Below are positions 50,222 to 60,757 of a stretch of DNA of 64,000 nucleotides, piece by piece. How positions within the stretch are numbered: position 1 is the first letter of the stretch; every line of letters starts with the position of its first letter. The notes under the pieces were generated by a model. The model saw nothing but the letters and a program-made list of their open reading frames with translations, searched no databases and was not told where the DNA came from. A program made the translations under genes and the position numbers. The stretch is from Nitrospirales bacterium. GTDB lineage: Bacteria > Nitrospirota > Nitrospiria > Nitrospirales > UBA8639. The stretch is from positions 2,560,001-2,624,000 of the forward strand of contig CBDBCZ010000019.1 in the NCBI GenBank assembly GCA_965203295.1, read 5' to 3'.

Positions 50222-50926
50222 TTATTGACGATGTTTTATTTGAATTCCAGATGACGTTCCGACAATCAGCATGGAGGTTCTCCCCACGAACAAGCCATTT
50301 TCTACAACCCCAGGGATAAGATTAAGTTGCATTTCGAGAGAAGCAGGATCCTCAATTTGGTCGACATCCAGATCGAGAATGTAGTTCCCACTGTCCGTTC
50401 TATAGATTTCGCCATACTTCTTTCGAAGAATGACATCCCTCCCGAATTGTCGGAGGAGATGAGCCGAATTCGGCCACCCAAAGGGAATGACTTCAACAGG
50501 GACCTGCCAAGGATGTCCCAACATGGGAGCACATTTCGCCTCATCCACAATGATGATAAGTTGGCCGGAAGCTGAAGCAACGATTTTCTCTCTGAGCAGG
50601 GCTCCTCCCCCACCTTTGATAAGATTCAAATTTGGATCAACTTGATCGGCTCCATCTATTGTCACATCGAGCCTCCAATCACCTTCCGCGGGGAGAAGAG
50701 GGATATGAAGCTGAGAAGCGAGGGTGGCGGTTTCTTGAGACGTTGGGACCCCCTGAACTTTTAAACCATCTTTAATACGTTCTCCCAACCCCATGAGAAA
50801 ATACTTGACAGTTGATCCAGTCCCAAGACCAACGACATGGCCGTCACGAACGTAGTCTAAGGCAGCTTTCGCCGCCATGTGTTTCCCAATTTCTGGATCA
50901 GTCTTGAGGGGAGGATCCGTGGTCAT
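50222..50926 (-). CDS. rpiA: Ribose-5-phosphate isomerase A
   Basis: GLGTGST, DGADQV, IKGGGGALLREKI and GVVENGLF motifs. Confidence 0.97.
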   Translation of the reverse strand: MTTDPPLKTDPEIGKHMAAKAALDYVRDGHVVGLGTGSTVKYFLMGLGERIKDGLKVQGVPTSQETATLASQLHIPLLPAEGDWRLDVTIDGADQVDPNLNLIKGGGGALLREKIVASASGQLIIIVDEAKCAPMLGHPWQVPVEVIPFGWPNSAHLLRQFGRDVILRKKYGEIYRTDSGNYILDLDVDQIEDPASLEMQLNLIPGVVENGLFVGRTSMLIVGTSSGIQIKHRQ

Positions 50927-50932
50927 GAGAAG

Positions 50933-52003
50933 TCAGGGTTGGTGAACCAAGGAGGCTCCGTATGAGGCTGTACCCAGTAAGGCAGCTTTTTCATTCAATA
51001 TGACATGGACAGGGATTGCACTTAACAGACGTTTGTAACGCCCCTTGGCCACAAAAGCACGTAAAAAGGTGTCACTTCGAAGCTTAGGCAGAATTTTCGT
51101 GGCGATGCCTCCTCCAAGGAAAACCCCACCAAGAGAGAACGTCTTGAGAGCCAAATTACCCGCCTCTCCACCCAGAATGGAAACAAACAGGTCCAATGCT
51201 TGGACACAAATCTCGGGTTTCCCCTTCAACCCGGCTTCAGTAATGAGAGCGGCAGGATCCCCTGTCGTTAACTGCTCGGCAAACCACGTTGGTTCATTTT
51301 TTCTGGTATCGCGAAAAAATTGGTAAATGTGGTGTAATCCCTCTCCAGAAAGAAGCCGTTCAAAACTCACATGGAGATACGTGGCTCTGAGGTACCGGAG
51401 TAGTTCAATTTCTACATCACTGGTTGGAGCAAAGCTCGCATGCCCTCCTTCTGATGGACTCGGATGATACTGTTTGCCATCCCAAAATAGAATCACTTCC
51501 CCCAATCCTGTTCCTGCTGCAATGAGGGTTTTGGTTTTTTCAGAGGTGGATTCGACTTTTCCATTTAATTGTTCCGTTTCATTTGGTCGAAGAACCAGCA
51601 CTCCATAGGCTGTCGCTTCCAGATAGTTCAGAAGATGAACGACCGAAGTTTCTAGATGCTCTTTGAGGGTATGGCCATCGATGATCCATGGGAGATTTGT
51701 GGTTTGGCAGCGATTATTCACCACAGGTCCAGCCACCCCGAAACAGGCAGCATCAATCTGGAGAGATGGGGAAGAAGGACCAGAGGATTCTTCGGACGAT
51801 TCACTGGAAGGGTTTGACGAAAAGTCGTCTTCCTTGTCTCCAGATTCTCCCTCTTCAGAAAGAAATTCCGTCAGAATATCTTCGAAGGAATTAAAATCAG
51901 AATTCCAATATTTTTCTTCCCGAACTGGTTCAGTTCTCTCTTGTGTCCAGTTGAAAAGTCCCACGTATGTTTTGGTTCCACCAATATCGGCTGCTAGAAT
52001 CAT
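50933..52003 (-). CDS. glk: Glucokinase (catalytic Asp apparently substituted)
   Basis: ADIGGT, GVAGPV, TNLPW, GTGLG, SEGGH and ERLLSG motifs. The usual ND reads NY. Confidence 0.9.
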   Translation of the reverse strand: MILAADIGGTKTYVGLFNWTQERTEPVREEKYWNSDFNSFEDILTEFLSEEGESGDKEDDFSSNPSSESSEESSGPSSPSLQIDAACFGVAGPVVNNRCQTTNLPWIIDGHTLKEHLETSVVHLLNYLEATAYGVLVLRPNETEQLNGKVESTSEKTKTLIAAGTGLGEVILFWDGKQYHPSPSEGGHASFAPTSDVEIELLRYLRATYLHVSFERLLSGEGLHHIYQFFRDTRKNEPTWFAEQLTTGDPAALITEAGLKGKPEICVQALDLFVSILGGEAGNLALKTFSLGGVFLGGGIATKILPKLRSDTFLRAFVAKGRYKRLLSAIPVHVILNEKAALLGTASYGASLVHQP

Positions 52004-52118
52004 TTCAAATATCCAGTCAATTCGTGAGTCATTCAGAGAATCAAAAAGCGCTCATGCCCTTTTTGCAAGGGTCTTCTCTAGGTTTGCGTTGAATCCCTGT
52101 CACCATAATGGATCAAGC

Positions 52119-52628
52119 CTAAAATATGCAATCAGCCCTCTTTGCCGACAAACTTGACAACTGAATCCATTGGGAGAAAGCGGCGGCTTGGCCTTGTTGG
52201 ATATGGTCCTGATCGATGATATTCCACACCGTGGCATTTTCGACGAGGAAGCGCAGCCCGGATCGGGAGATTCGGATTCCTCGATAGTCTGAAATGTATC
52301 CCTTATCAGCAGCCTGCTGTAACATTCGTGCCCTCTCGTCCTGGTTCATCGGTTCTGCGGTGAGCCGGGAAGGAGTTTGAATAAGCTCCCCCCATCCCAT
52401 CTCCCACAATGTCAGTGCCATGCGATTCCCATAGTTTAAGATGGGGTCCTGTTGGTTTCCATGGGAAACTACAACAAAGGGGGCATAGAATAATCGATGG
52501 CATTGTTCTTCTAGCGTACCCTCCCGAGGGATCAAATCCTTTCCGGTCCAATGCGTATAGCTGTCCAACAGCATGCGACTCCAATGTAAGACTTTATCAT
52601 CCTTCCAGTGACTGGAATCCATATTCAC
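52119..52628 (-). CDS. MEKHLA domain protein
   Basis: APFVVVSHG..DPILNYGN, PSRLTAE and YRGIRIS motifs. Confidence 0.88.
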   Translation of the reverse strand: MNMDSSHWKDDKVLHWSRMLLDSYTHWTGKDLIPREGTLEEQCHRLFYAPFVVVSHGNQQDPILNYGNRMALTLWEMGWGELIQTPSRLTAEPMNQDERARMLQQAADKGYISDYRGIRISRSGLRFLVENATVWNIIDQDHIQQGQAAAFSQWIQLSSLSAKRADCIF

Positions 52629-52766
52629 GAGTCATTCCATGAGAAAAGAAGATGATTGTCAGGAAGGCTTGAAACAAGGATAGAAAATTCAACCTTCGCA
52701 CATAACCAGGCATAGGGTCATCACATCTCCCTTAATCCTAAAGGTTGTGAAATCGATTCTCATCCT

Positions 52767-53285
52767 TTAACTTAGATCCGACTTATGTAGATGAACCAGA
52801 ATTTTGGCCACAATGGCTTCAGGTGTGGAATGGTCTGTAGAAATGATGTAGTCAGCAGCAGCCTGATATTTGAGGGATCGTTCATTCAGCACTTCAGTAA
52901 TTTCGTCAACGAATGATTTCCCGCCGGTCAATGAGGGGCGTTGGGTATCTCCCTCGATCCGTTGGGTAATCGTGCTGACAGTGGCCGTCAACCAAAAAAT
53001 CCGTGCATTGGGTTTTAAGACTTGAATGTTTTCATCTTTTACGATTATTCCACCACCGGTATCAATCACACAATGATCTTGTTGTGAAAAGTCTTTGCAA
53101 ACCGCCGACTCCAAGTCGCGGAAGTAATCCCATCCTGACTGTTGAACAATTTCCGGGATCGAAAGTTGAGCGCGTTGAATGATTTCGGCATCAGTCGACA
53201 CATAATTCCAACCAAGCTCTTTTGACACCAAAGTTCCAACAGTGCTTTTCCCAGTTCCCCGGTAACCGATCAAGACCACGTTCAT
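52767..53285 (-). CDS. aroK: Shikimate kinase
   Basis: IGYRGTGKSTVG, FRDLE, TGGG and RPSL motifs. ATGA overlap with aroE. Confidence 0.93.
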   Translation of the reverse strand: MNVVLIGYRGTGKSTVGTLVSKELGWNYVSTDAEIIQRAQLSIPEIVQQSGWDYFRDLESAVCKDFSQQDHCVIDTGGGIIVKDENIQVLKPNARIFWLTATVSTITQRIEGDTQRPSLTGGKSFVDEITEVLNERSLKYQAAADYIISTDHSTPEAIVAKILVHLHKSDLS

Positions 53286-54136
53286 GCGAATCGTGACTCC
53301 AAGACTCCCCGCATCACTTGAGTAGGTGCAGAACACCCAGTCCAAAGCTCAAACTGAGCCACGGCTTGGTATAAAAACATTTCAATCCCTTGGATGGTTC
53401 GACATCCGGCTTCTCGTGCCTCTCGAAGAAGGCGAGTCTCTAATGGATTGTAGACAACATCCATGACGGAAAGGTGCGGATCAAGGAATTCCTTTGGGAT
53501 ACAGGTGCCTCCAACGTTGGGGGTCATTCCCACAGGCGTTAAATGAATAAGAAGGGAGGCTGCATGCAGGGCTTCTTCTACGCGTTCAGGTTGACACCTA
53601 CCTTCTGAAACCTCGACTTTCGTTCGGTCAATGAGGTCCTTTACAAGCCCCGTTCTTTCTTGTTCATCAATTCCTAAGACCGTGAGATGAGCAATGTCTG
53701 CCTCCATGGCCAAACCAAAGGCAATGGCGCGAGCTGCTCCACCAGACCCAAGGATCAAAATGTTTTCTCGTTCAAGCGAAACGCCCGACTCTCTTAAAGC
53801 ACGAAGGGCTCCTGAGGCATCAGTATTGTACCCCTTGAGACGACCATGGTCTTTCACGATGGTATTGATGGCGCCGATGTGACGAGCTGTTGGGTCTACA
53901 TCATCTAAGAAAGGGATCACGGAAACCTTATGGGGGATCGTGACGCTGAATCCTCGAAGATTTCCTAACGCTCGAATACCTGAGACTGCATCTTTGATTT
54001 CCTCCACCAGGAAAGCCAGGTAGACGAAATCCATTCCCAAATGCTGAAAGGCCGCGTTATGAATGGCTGGGGAAAGCGAATGTTCAATGGGGTTTCCTAA
54101 GACTCCACATAATTGCGTGTTGGTCGTAATATTCAT
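53282..54136 (-). CDS. aroE: Shikimate dehydrogenase
   Basis: HSLSPAIHN, VTIPHK, GAINT, NTD, GSGGAARA and QAVAQFELW motifs. Confidence 0.95.
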   Translation of the reverse strand: MNITTNTQLCGVLGNPIEHSLSPAIHNAAFQHLGMDFVYLAFLVEEIKDAVSGIRALGNLRGFSVTIPHKVSVIPFLDDVDPTARHIGAINTIVKDHGRLKGYNTDASGALRALRESGVSLERENILILGSGGAARAIAFGLAMEADIAHLTVLGIDEQERTGLVKDLIDRTKVEVSEGRCQPERVEEALHAASLLIHLTPVGMTPNVGGTCIPKEFLDPHLSVMDVVYNPLETRLLREAREAGCRTIQGIEMFLYQAVAQFELWTGCSAPTQVMRGVLESRFA

Positions 54137-54302
54137 GGGTCCAACATTTCTAGCGAGTATGCCTTCTGCTCAAAAAATTAGTGGAGGCATTTATCACATA
54201 CTCCTTCCTTAAAAAACAACAGGGCTCGTGCTTCGTCTGGTTTTGAGTCATAACTAAGGCGGAAGAACATCACGAAATGAACTTCATTCCGTCATATTCG
54301 GT

Positions 54303-56629
54303 TAAAGGAGGAGGATCACCCGAAAATTCATTCCACTCCACACCCTAACTCGCTTTCGACTTCAATGGTCCCCCCATGAAGGTCTACCAGGGTTTTGACA
54401 ATGGCTAACCCTAACCCCAATCCCTTTGTCCCAATCTCTCGTTGTCGGTGAGCCTGATAAAACGGTTCGAAAAGCTTTGCGATTGCCTCCTCTGGTATAC
54501 CGCGTCCCTCATCAGAGACAGCAATCTGGATCGAAGTCGAGTCTCGTTTCTCGATCTGAACTCGTATGGTCGTATGGGGAGCACTGAATTTCATCGCATT
54601 ATGGATTAAATTGGTCAGGACTTGGATCAAACGATCCCTATCAGCCGGGACGACCAACCCTCGATCTGAGCAAAGGAGAACCAAATGCAGGTTTTTGTCC
54701 TTTACCAATGGATCAAACTGTTCAATCACCTCACGGGCAAGAGCTTCCACATTTACTTGATCCCATTTGAGTGAAATCTTTCCAGCTTCAATACGAGACA
54801 GATCCAACAAATCACCAATCATCCTAGTGAGCCGATCAGCATTTGCACTCACGCGAGTCAGACTACCCTGTTGCTGGTCAGTCAGCGGATCAGCAAAACC
54901 TTGGAGCAGGTTTTCAGTAAACCCTTTGATGGAGGTCAGAGGGGTCCGTAACTCATGAGAACAATGGGAAAGAAATTGAGACTTCACTTGGTTCATTTCG
55001 TGGAGCTGCTCATTCGTCGTTTCTAACTCATGATTCAACTGCTCAAGCTCAAATGTTCTTTCTCGGACCTTGGCCTCTAATCCGACATTGAGTTGCTCAA
55101 TTTTAGAGTACACCTCAGCGTTATCCAATGCAAGTGCAACCTGATTGCCAAACGTCATGAGTAAATTCATATCATCTTCAGTCAGATTGTGCATTCGAGT
55201 TCGCTCAGCAACCATCGCTCCAATAATGCGGTTTTTCACCTTCAAGAGAACCGCGATAAAAGCCACGGTTTGTAAGGCAGAGAGTAATTGTTGGTTGAGT
55301 GGATGGAGGCGATGCATCATCGATTGAACATCGTTAGATCAGGACAGTGAGTCCTTTGAGAAGAACTGTTCCCTCTATACTCTCCGGATCGGTGATCGGG
55401 ACTTCAATAGAATAAGCGAATTGCGCAAGTTCAGCCGAAAGACCCATCACCCAGGCCCCATGAGCCATTTTTCGTGAAGAATCAAAGAACGAGATCATGG
55501 CTCGGTCATAATGGAGATCTTGAACAATGGCCTTAAGTCCAGCCGCAATGAGAGCCTTTTGCTCAAGCGAAGTGCTCATATGCAGTCCAATCTGGTAAAG
55601 CGTCGTCAGCTCGTTGACTCGGCGACGGAGTTCAAGCATGGTTTGCTCTTGTTCCCAATAGGCATCCCGCAGCTCTTCGTGCTGGCTTTCCACAGAGTGA
55701 AGTTGTTCGCGAATGATCTGCTCCTGGTCTTGAATTTCTTTTCGGTCAGCCCAAAACCGAGCTCCTAACCACAGACCAACCCCAGGAATCGTGGCCAGCT
55801 CGAGGGTGCTCAGTATAGAAAGAGTCGGGAAGGAGATTTGCAAGTAACTGAAAACCCCCACGCTCAGGAGAAGACCGGCTCCAGGCCAGCCCCATGAGGA
55901 TGCATGGGGGGTATCCCAGGAAAAAACCCATTCGCAGTATTCAGCTCCATCCCCCATACAGCATCGATCTTCAATAGTAGCCGGGCGAAGGCCAAACATT
56001 CGGGCTGGGGTTTCGGCAATCGTGGCTTTGTTTGTCTGGCAGATCCGGTCCGCACACCGAAGCCGGTATTGACCGAACTGGCGAATCGTCCGGTCACTCA
56101 ATTTGAGCCGCTTGAGCCGCATCACCGCCCTCTGATTTGCGAGAGACACGATCTCCGGGTTGAGGGCCCCTTTGGTATATTTTTCTACGAAGTAAGGATA
56201 CAGCTTATAAATCTAAACAATGGAGAATGGTCTCCCCAGGATCTGGATGATGGGGGGGGGAAATTTTTCTTTACCGAGATTAAAGTGAAAATTTGGATCG
56301 CTGCTGAGATCAACACAGAATTCTGACAGGAACATGGTGAACTCATAAGAATAACTATTCCATGGATTTCTCAGAAATTCAGCGGTGACATGAAATGTTG
56401 GATCAGGAATACGTTCATTAAGCAGTTTAACGAGCATGAGAGTTAATTCGTCGCTTCCAACCTGTCGTTCCTTTTGAGTCTCCAGCTCTTGTAAATATTC
56501 CATATTGGCCCGGATCGTGATCCCACTGACATCCCGGATCTTTTCCCCTGTCAGTTCCTGGCCGAATGGACGGAATTCCATCATGCCTTTTTCTAAAATA
56601 CGGTGGGATTTAGGAAGAAGTTCGGGCAT
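54303..56629 (-). pseudogene. Fragmented membrane sensor histidine kinase (V4R-like N-terminus, TM, GAF, HisKA, HATPase)
   Basis: ORFs 56213-56629 and 55334-56149 share a frame and are split by TAG at 56213-56215. There is a frameshift at about 55337 and a GTGGA duplication near 54332-54341. SHELRTPL and GLGLGL are present. Confidence 0.85.
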
Positions 56630-56634
56630 AGGAC

Positions 56635-56907
56635 CTAGCAGGCTGTTGAAAAACTCAAAACTTCCAAAAATCCTGGTGTGTTGAAGAATATCCGATCATC
56701 ATCAAAAGCGGTGCAGGATGTTCCAAAAGGCCCGCTCGCCTGCGCGAAGCCGCTTTCAGCCTCCGTAGCGACTTCGGCGAAGGAGGCTCGGCGGAGCCAG
56801 GTCCAGCAAGGCCGCAAGACCTTTGGCGCGCGGAGCGTACATGCCAGTACGTGAGCACGACAAAGGACCGAGAAGGCTGCTGGCGGACTTTTTCAACATC
56901 CTGCTAG
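56635..56907. mobile_element. Non-autonomous MITE-like repeat, copy 2 (composite)
   Basis: CTAG at both ends, TIRs CAGGCTGTTGAAAAA / TTTTTCAACATCCTG, an internal third TIR-like copy at about 56713, and a core shared with 11468-11649. Confidence 0.85.
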
Positions 56908-56968
56908 GCTTCAGAATACCTGAATTTTATGTGAGAGAGAATGCTAAAGCGAGGGGGAAAGGACAGAG

Positions 56969-58389
56969 CTAGAAAACCATGCGAAGGTTGATCGCTCCAA
57001 CATGAACGGTTGTATCCCACGTGCCAATGACGACGGAAGGAGAACCCAAATCCGACCTTACATGGGTATTGATGGTACGAGAGTCATACGGCACGGCTTG
57101 GTAGGCGAGATCGATGCCTATCGCTTGGGTACCCAAGGATCCATCTTGACCACATTCGATCAATCTCAAAAATAACCCTTTGCTTTGGCACAACAGACCG
57201 AGCCCTACGGAGAACGCGTTGTAATCAGAATCAGGCACGGCAGGGTCAAAATTCATTTCCGGAATGGGTGTTTCCGAATGAACATACCCTCCCCGGACAG
57301 CGATTTCCCAATCAGAGAGAATGGGTGATGTGAGCCATTTATACTCGGTGCCGACCATGACAATATAGGCTTGACCATAATTGGGCATAAAATCCGGAGG
57401 AAAGGGAAGAGGGGCCCCATTTGAAAGTTGCAAATTGAGTTCTTTATGGGCACTCCAATCTGCATAGTCGACGTCCAATTCAACCTTCCATTCCTTGACT
57501 GCATCACGAATTGGCCACACGGCGAAGGCCCCGGAAAAAACCTGAGGCAAGGCGAACTCGGCCCTGGTATCTGCAACTGATGCCCCATTAACAAGAAAGA
57601 CTCCTTTGAGGTCGAGAGTGACTTGATTTCTGTACACGAATCCCATATTCAGCAGTGGTTTCCCATTTGGATTGCGAAGCGGGGTGAGAAGAAGACTGAC
57701 GTTAAACCCCGTTGTCGTGTCTTGTCCTGTTACTTCCAACGGGGTTCCTGTGGGGATCCCCAATAGATTAAACTCAGGACCAGCTTTTCTTTGCACTTCC
57801 CCATGCCCTTCTCCTAGAGGGCATCGGTGAAGGTATAGATATCGAGTCCCAATCCGAGTGAGAGCACATCGCTTAATCTCACGGCAATGGTGGGTTTCAG
57901 ATCAATGAGTGGCAATGCCGCTTTTGTTAATACGGTTTGTATGGGGCTATCGTCTGGATATTCAATGAGAATGCCAAAAGGAGAGGTCACCCCGAACCCC
58001 AGAGAAATATCGCGAAGGATAGGAACATTCATATTTTGAAGGTTAGCGGTGATATAAAAATTGCTGGGTGGAGGATTGGCGATCGTTCCAGCAAAATCTC
58101 CATCAGTAATAGGCCTAGTGGGACTTTCCAAGGAGATATTGCCCCTAATCAGATTGGTTCCGATCGAAAATTGGATTCCTTTCAACTGGGTGATCCCAGC
58201 AAGGTTGTAATGAATCGCGGATGGATCATCGGCTTGAGCCGCAAAAACGGTCCCCTGTCCTGTTGCAGCAGCCCCCTGATCTAAGATACGAAAGGCTTCG
58301 CCGAACGAAGAGAGGGGGAAGGATAAAGAAATTGCGACGAGAAGAATCGTCCTTCCAAGACACTTATTGAGGCTTAAGTCAAAAGGCAT
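56969..58389 (-). pseudogene. OmpP1/FadL/TodX outer-membrane transporter, frameshifted
   Basis: Signal peptide, QGAAATGQG..AAQADDPSAIHYN, SPFG and a C-terminal Phe. Two ORFs in different frames join at about 57814-57819. Confidence 0.85.
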
Positions 58390-58604
58390 GGGTATGCGCT
58401 CTTCGCAGAAATCCTTCGCGAGAATGAGGTCATGAACAATAAGGGGGACTCAGTATACGGCCTCCGAAACTTCAGGAGCAAGCGAACAGTCTGAGTTCCC
58501 AAGGCGTTCAGAAAGAGAATGAGGCGTCCACGAAAGTCTTTCTATTTGGGGAACAGTGTCGGAGTAGGTGTTCTAGAAAAAATTCTGATGGAATGGAGAG
58601 GATT

Positions 58605-59011
58605 GTGAAAGTTAGAAAACTGTTACACACTCGAATACGTGTCAGCGATATCGATAAAACCATTGCCTTTTATCAAGGAGTTTTAGGACTAGAGGTTGTC
58701 GAGCGGAAAGTCTCTCCACGGGGATCGCACCTGGCCTTTTTAGCCGTTCCCAATAGTGAAGAACTGATAGAATTATGTAGCTTTCCCCCCAGCGGACCGG
58801 TCAAAGTTGAAGAGGATTTAGTTCATTTGGCCTTTGAAGTTGAAAATTTAGATCAGACGATTGAAGACCTCACCGCCAAACATATTCCCATCTTCCCATC
58901 GCTGACAGACCAACCCGATCTTCTTCGGGAAGTCGTTTTATTTTCATTGATGCTCCTGACGGATATGAAATTGAATTGATTGAAAGACCACCCGGCACGG
59001 CTATTGTGTGA
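58605..59011 (+). pseudogene. VOC/glyoxalase I (lactoylglutathione lyase-like), frameshifted
   Basis: LLHTRIRVSD, IELC and HLAF motifs. The C-terminal FIDAPDGYEIELIE is out of frame because TTCCCATC is duplicated (58885-58900). Confidence 0.85.
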
Positions 59012-59048
59012 GGGAAATGTTCCTCCTCAAGCCAGAGGTCACGTTACT

Positions 59049-60719
59049 ATGGAAATGCCTTCCAAACTTCGATCAAAACTCGACCACCTTCCTTCACAGC
59101 CTGGTGTGTATTTGATGAAAAATGGTCAGGGGGAGATCTTGTATATCGGAAAGGCCAGACTCCTCAGTGACCGGGTCCGGTCGTACTACCAAAAAGGTCA
59201 AGATCTGAATCCCAAAACGCGACTTCTCGTATCGCAGGTACAGGATCTAGAAACTCTTGTCACGAAATCCGAGCTTGAAGCCTTGATTTTGGAGAGTAAC
59301 CTGGTCAAACGCCACCGTCCACGGTTTAACGTTGTCCTGCGAGATGACAAACATTACCCGTATCTCCGTTTTCCCATTCACGAAAACTTCCCTCGTTTCA
59401 CGATTGTCCGACGCGTGAAAAAGGATAGCGCCTTGTATTTCGGACCGTATGTCCCTGGCGGGGCTCTTCGGGAGACACTCAAAGTGATTCGCAAGGTTTT
59501 TCCCTTAGCAACGTGTAAGATTGAAATCGATGGAAAGGCCGAACGAGCTTGCTTGGAATTTGAGATCAAGCGGTGCATGGCCCCGTGTACCGGCAACCAA
59601 ACTCGTGACCAGTACCATGAGATCGTGAAACAATTGTGCTTATTCCTTGAAGGGCGAGACACAGAGCTGCTAGATCAAATGCAACAAGAAATGCATGAGG
59701 CTGCTGATCAAGAGAAATTTGAAGAGGCCGCCCGAATTCGGGATCGAATTGCCAAAATTCAGCGCACGTTGGAAAAACAACGAGTGGCTCAAATTAGGGG
59801 GATTGATCAGGATGTGTTGGGGTTGGCGCGAATGGGCCCTGCAGTCGACCTGCAAATGCTGTTCATCCGCGGGGGATTACTTATCGGCCGTAAGGACTTT
59901 TTCTGGAGTCAAGCCAATGAGACCTCGGATGAAGAATTGATCCGATCAACGATTGAGCAATTTTATAATAAGGAGACCTTCCCTCCCAAAGAGCTGCTTA
60001 TCTCGACCCCACTGCTCGACATGGAGTTGTTTCAACAGTGGCTATCGACCAAGAAAGGCCAAAAAGTTCGGATTCTGATGCCTGAAAGAGGCGCCAAACA
60101 TGAACTCCTTCGTCTGGCAGAGGAGAACGCAAGAGTCGCCATAGCCAATCACTTGCGAAGTCAATCGGCTGAGCTGCAAGCCGTTGAAGACTTACAACGC
60201 ATGCTGGGATTGGATCGCACTCTTCGTCGGATTGAGGGGTTTGACATCTCCAACACAATGGGGTCGCAATCTGTGGGCTCGATGGTGGTATGGGAAGATG
60301 GACGAGTCAAAAAATCAGATTACCGTCGGTTTCGCATCAAAACCGTAGAAGGAGCGAACGATTTCGCGAGTATTTATGAGGTCGTGAAGAGGCGTTATGG
60401 GGGCTCCATGAGCGTGAAAGATTCGTCAGGCTTGCCGTTGCCTGATCTGATCCTTATTGACGGAGGCCTGGGACAACTCGGGGCAGCTGTGGAAGGCTTG
60501 TCCTGTGTCGGCATCTCCCATTTACCGATCCTGGGCTTGGCGAAGGCCAGAGGAGGAAAAGAAGAGAGAATATTTGTACCTGGGAAAAAGGAACCTCTTG
60601 TTCTTCAAGAAGGCGCGCCATCCACCCGTCTACTCCAACACATCCGGGATGAGGCCCATCGGTTTGCCATTACTTACCACCGCAAGCTGCGCGGGAAAGC
60701 CTTCGTGTCAACCCAGTAA
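59049..60719 (+). CDS. uvrC: Excinuclease ABC subunit C (no C-terminal HhH domain)
   Basis: PGVYLM..YIGKA GIY-YIG, FEEAARIRD, IEGFDISN, DLILIDGGLGQ and IRDEAHRFAI motifs. Confidence 0.95.
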   Translation: MEMPSKLRSKLDHLPSQPGVYLMKNGQGEILYIGKARLLSDRVRSYYQKGQDLNPKTRLLVSQVQDLETLVTKSELEALILESNLVKRHRPRFNVVLRDDKHYPYLRFPIHENFPRFTIVRRVKKDSALYFGPYVPGGALRETLKVIRKVFPLATCKIEIDGKAERACLEFEIKRCMAPCTGNQTRDQYHEIVKQLCLFLEGRDTELLDQMQQEMHEAADQEKFEEAARIRDRIAKIQRTLEKQRVAQIRGIDQDVLGLARMGPAVDLQMLFIRGGLLIGRKDFFWSQANETSDEELIRSTIEQFYNKETFPPKELLISTPLLDMELFQQWLSTKKGQKVRILMPERGAKHELLRLAEENARVAIANHLRSQSAELQAVEDLQRMLGLDRTLRRIEGFDISNTMGSQSVGSMVVWEDGRVKKSDYRRFRIKTVEGANDFASIYEVVKRRYGGSMSVKDSSGLPLPDLILIDGGLGQLGAAVEGLSCVGISHLPILGLAKARGGKEERIFVPGKKEPLVLQEGAPSTRLLQHIRDEAHRFAITYHRKLRGKAFVSTQ

Positions 60720-60757
60720 GAAACGATTGAGGTCTCGCTGTCGATCGTCAGCCTTCG

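Noticed and set aside
56213..56215. In-frame TAG as pyrrolysine or recoding
   Set aside because: The same gene has further frameshifts, and TAG is used as a normal stop throughout the window.
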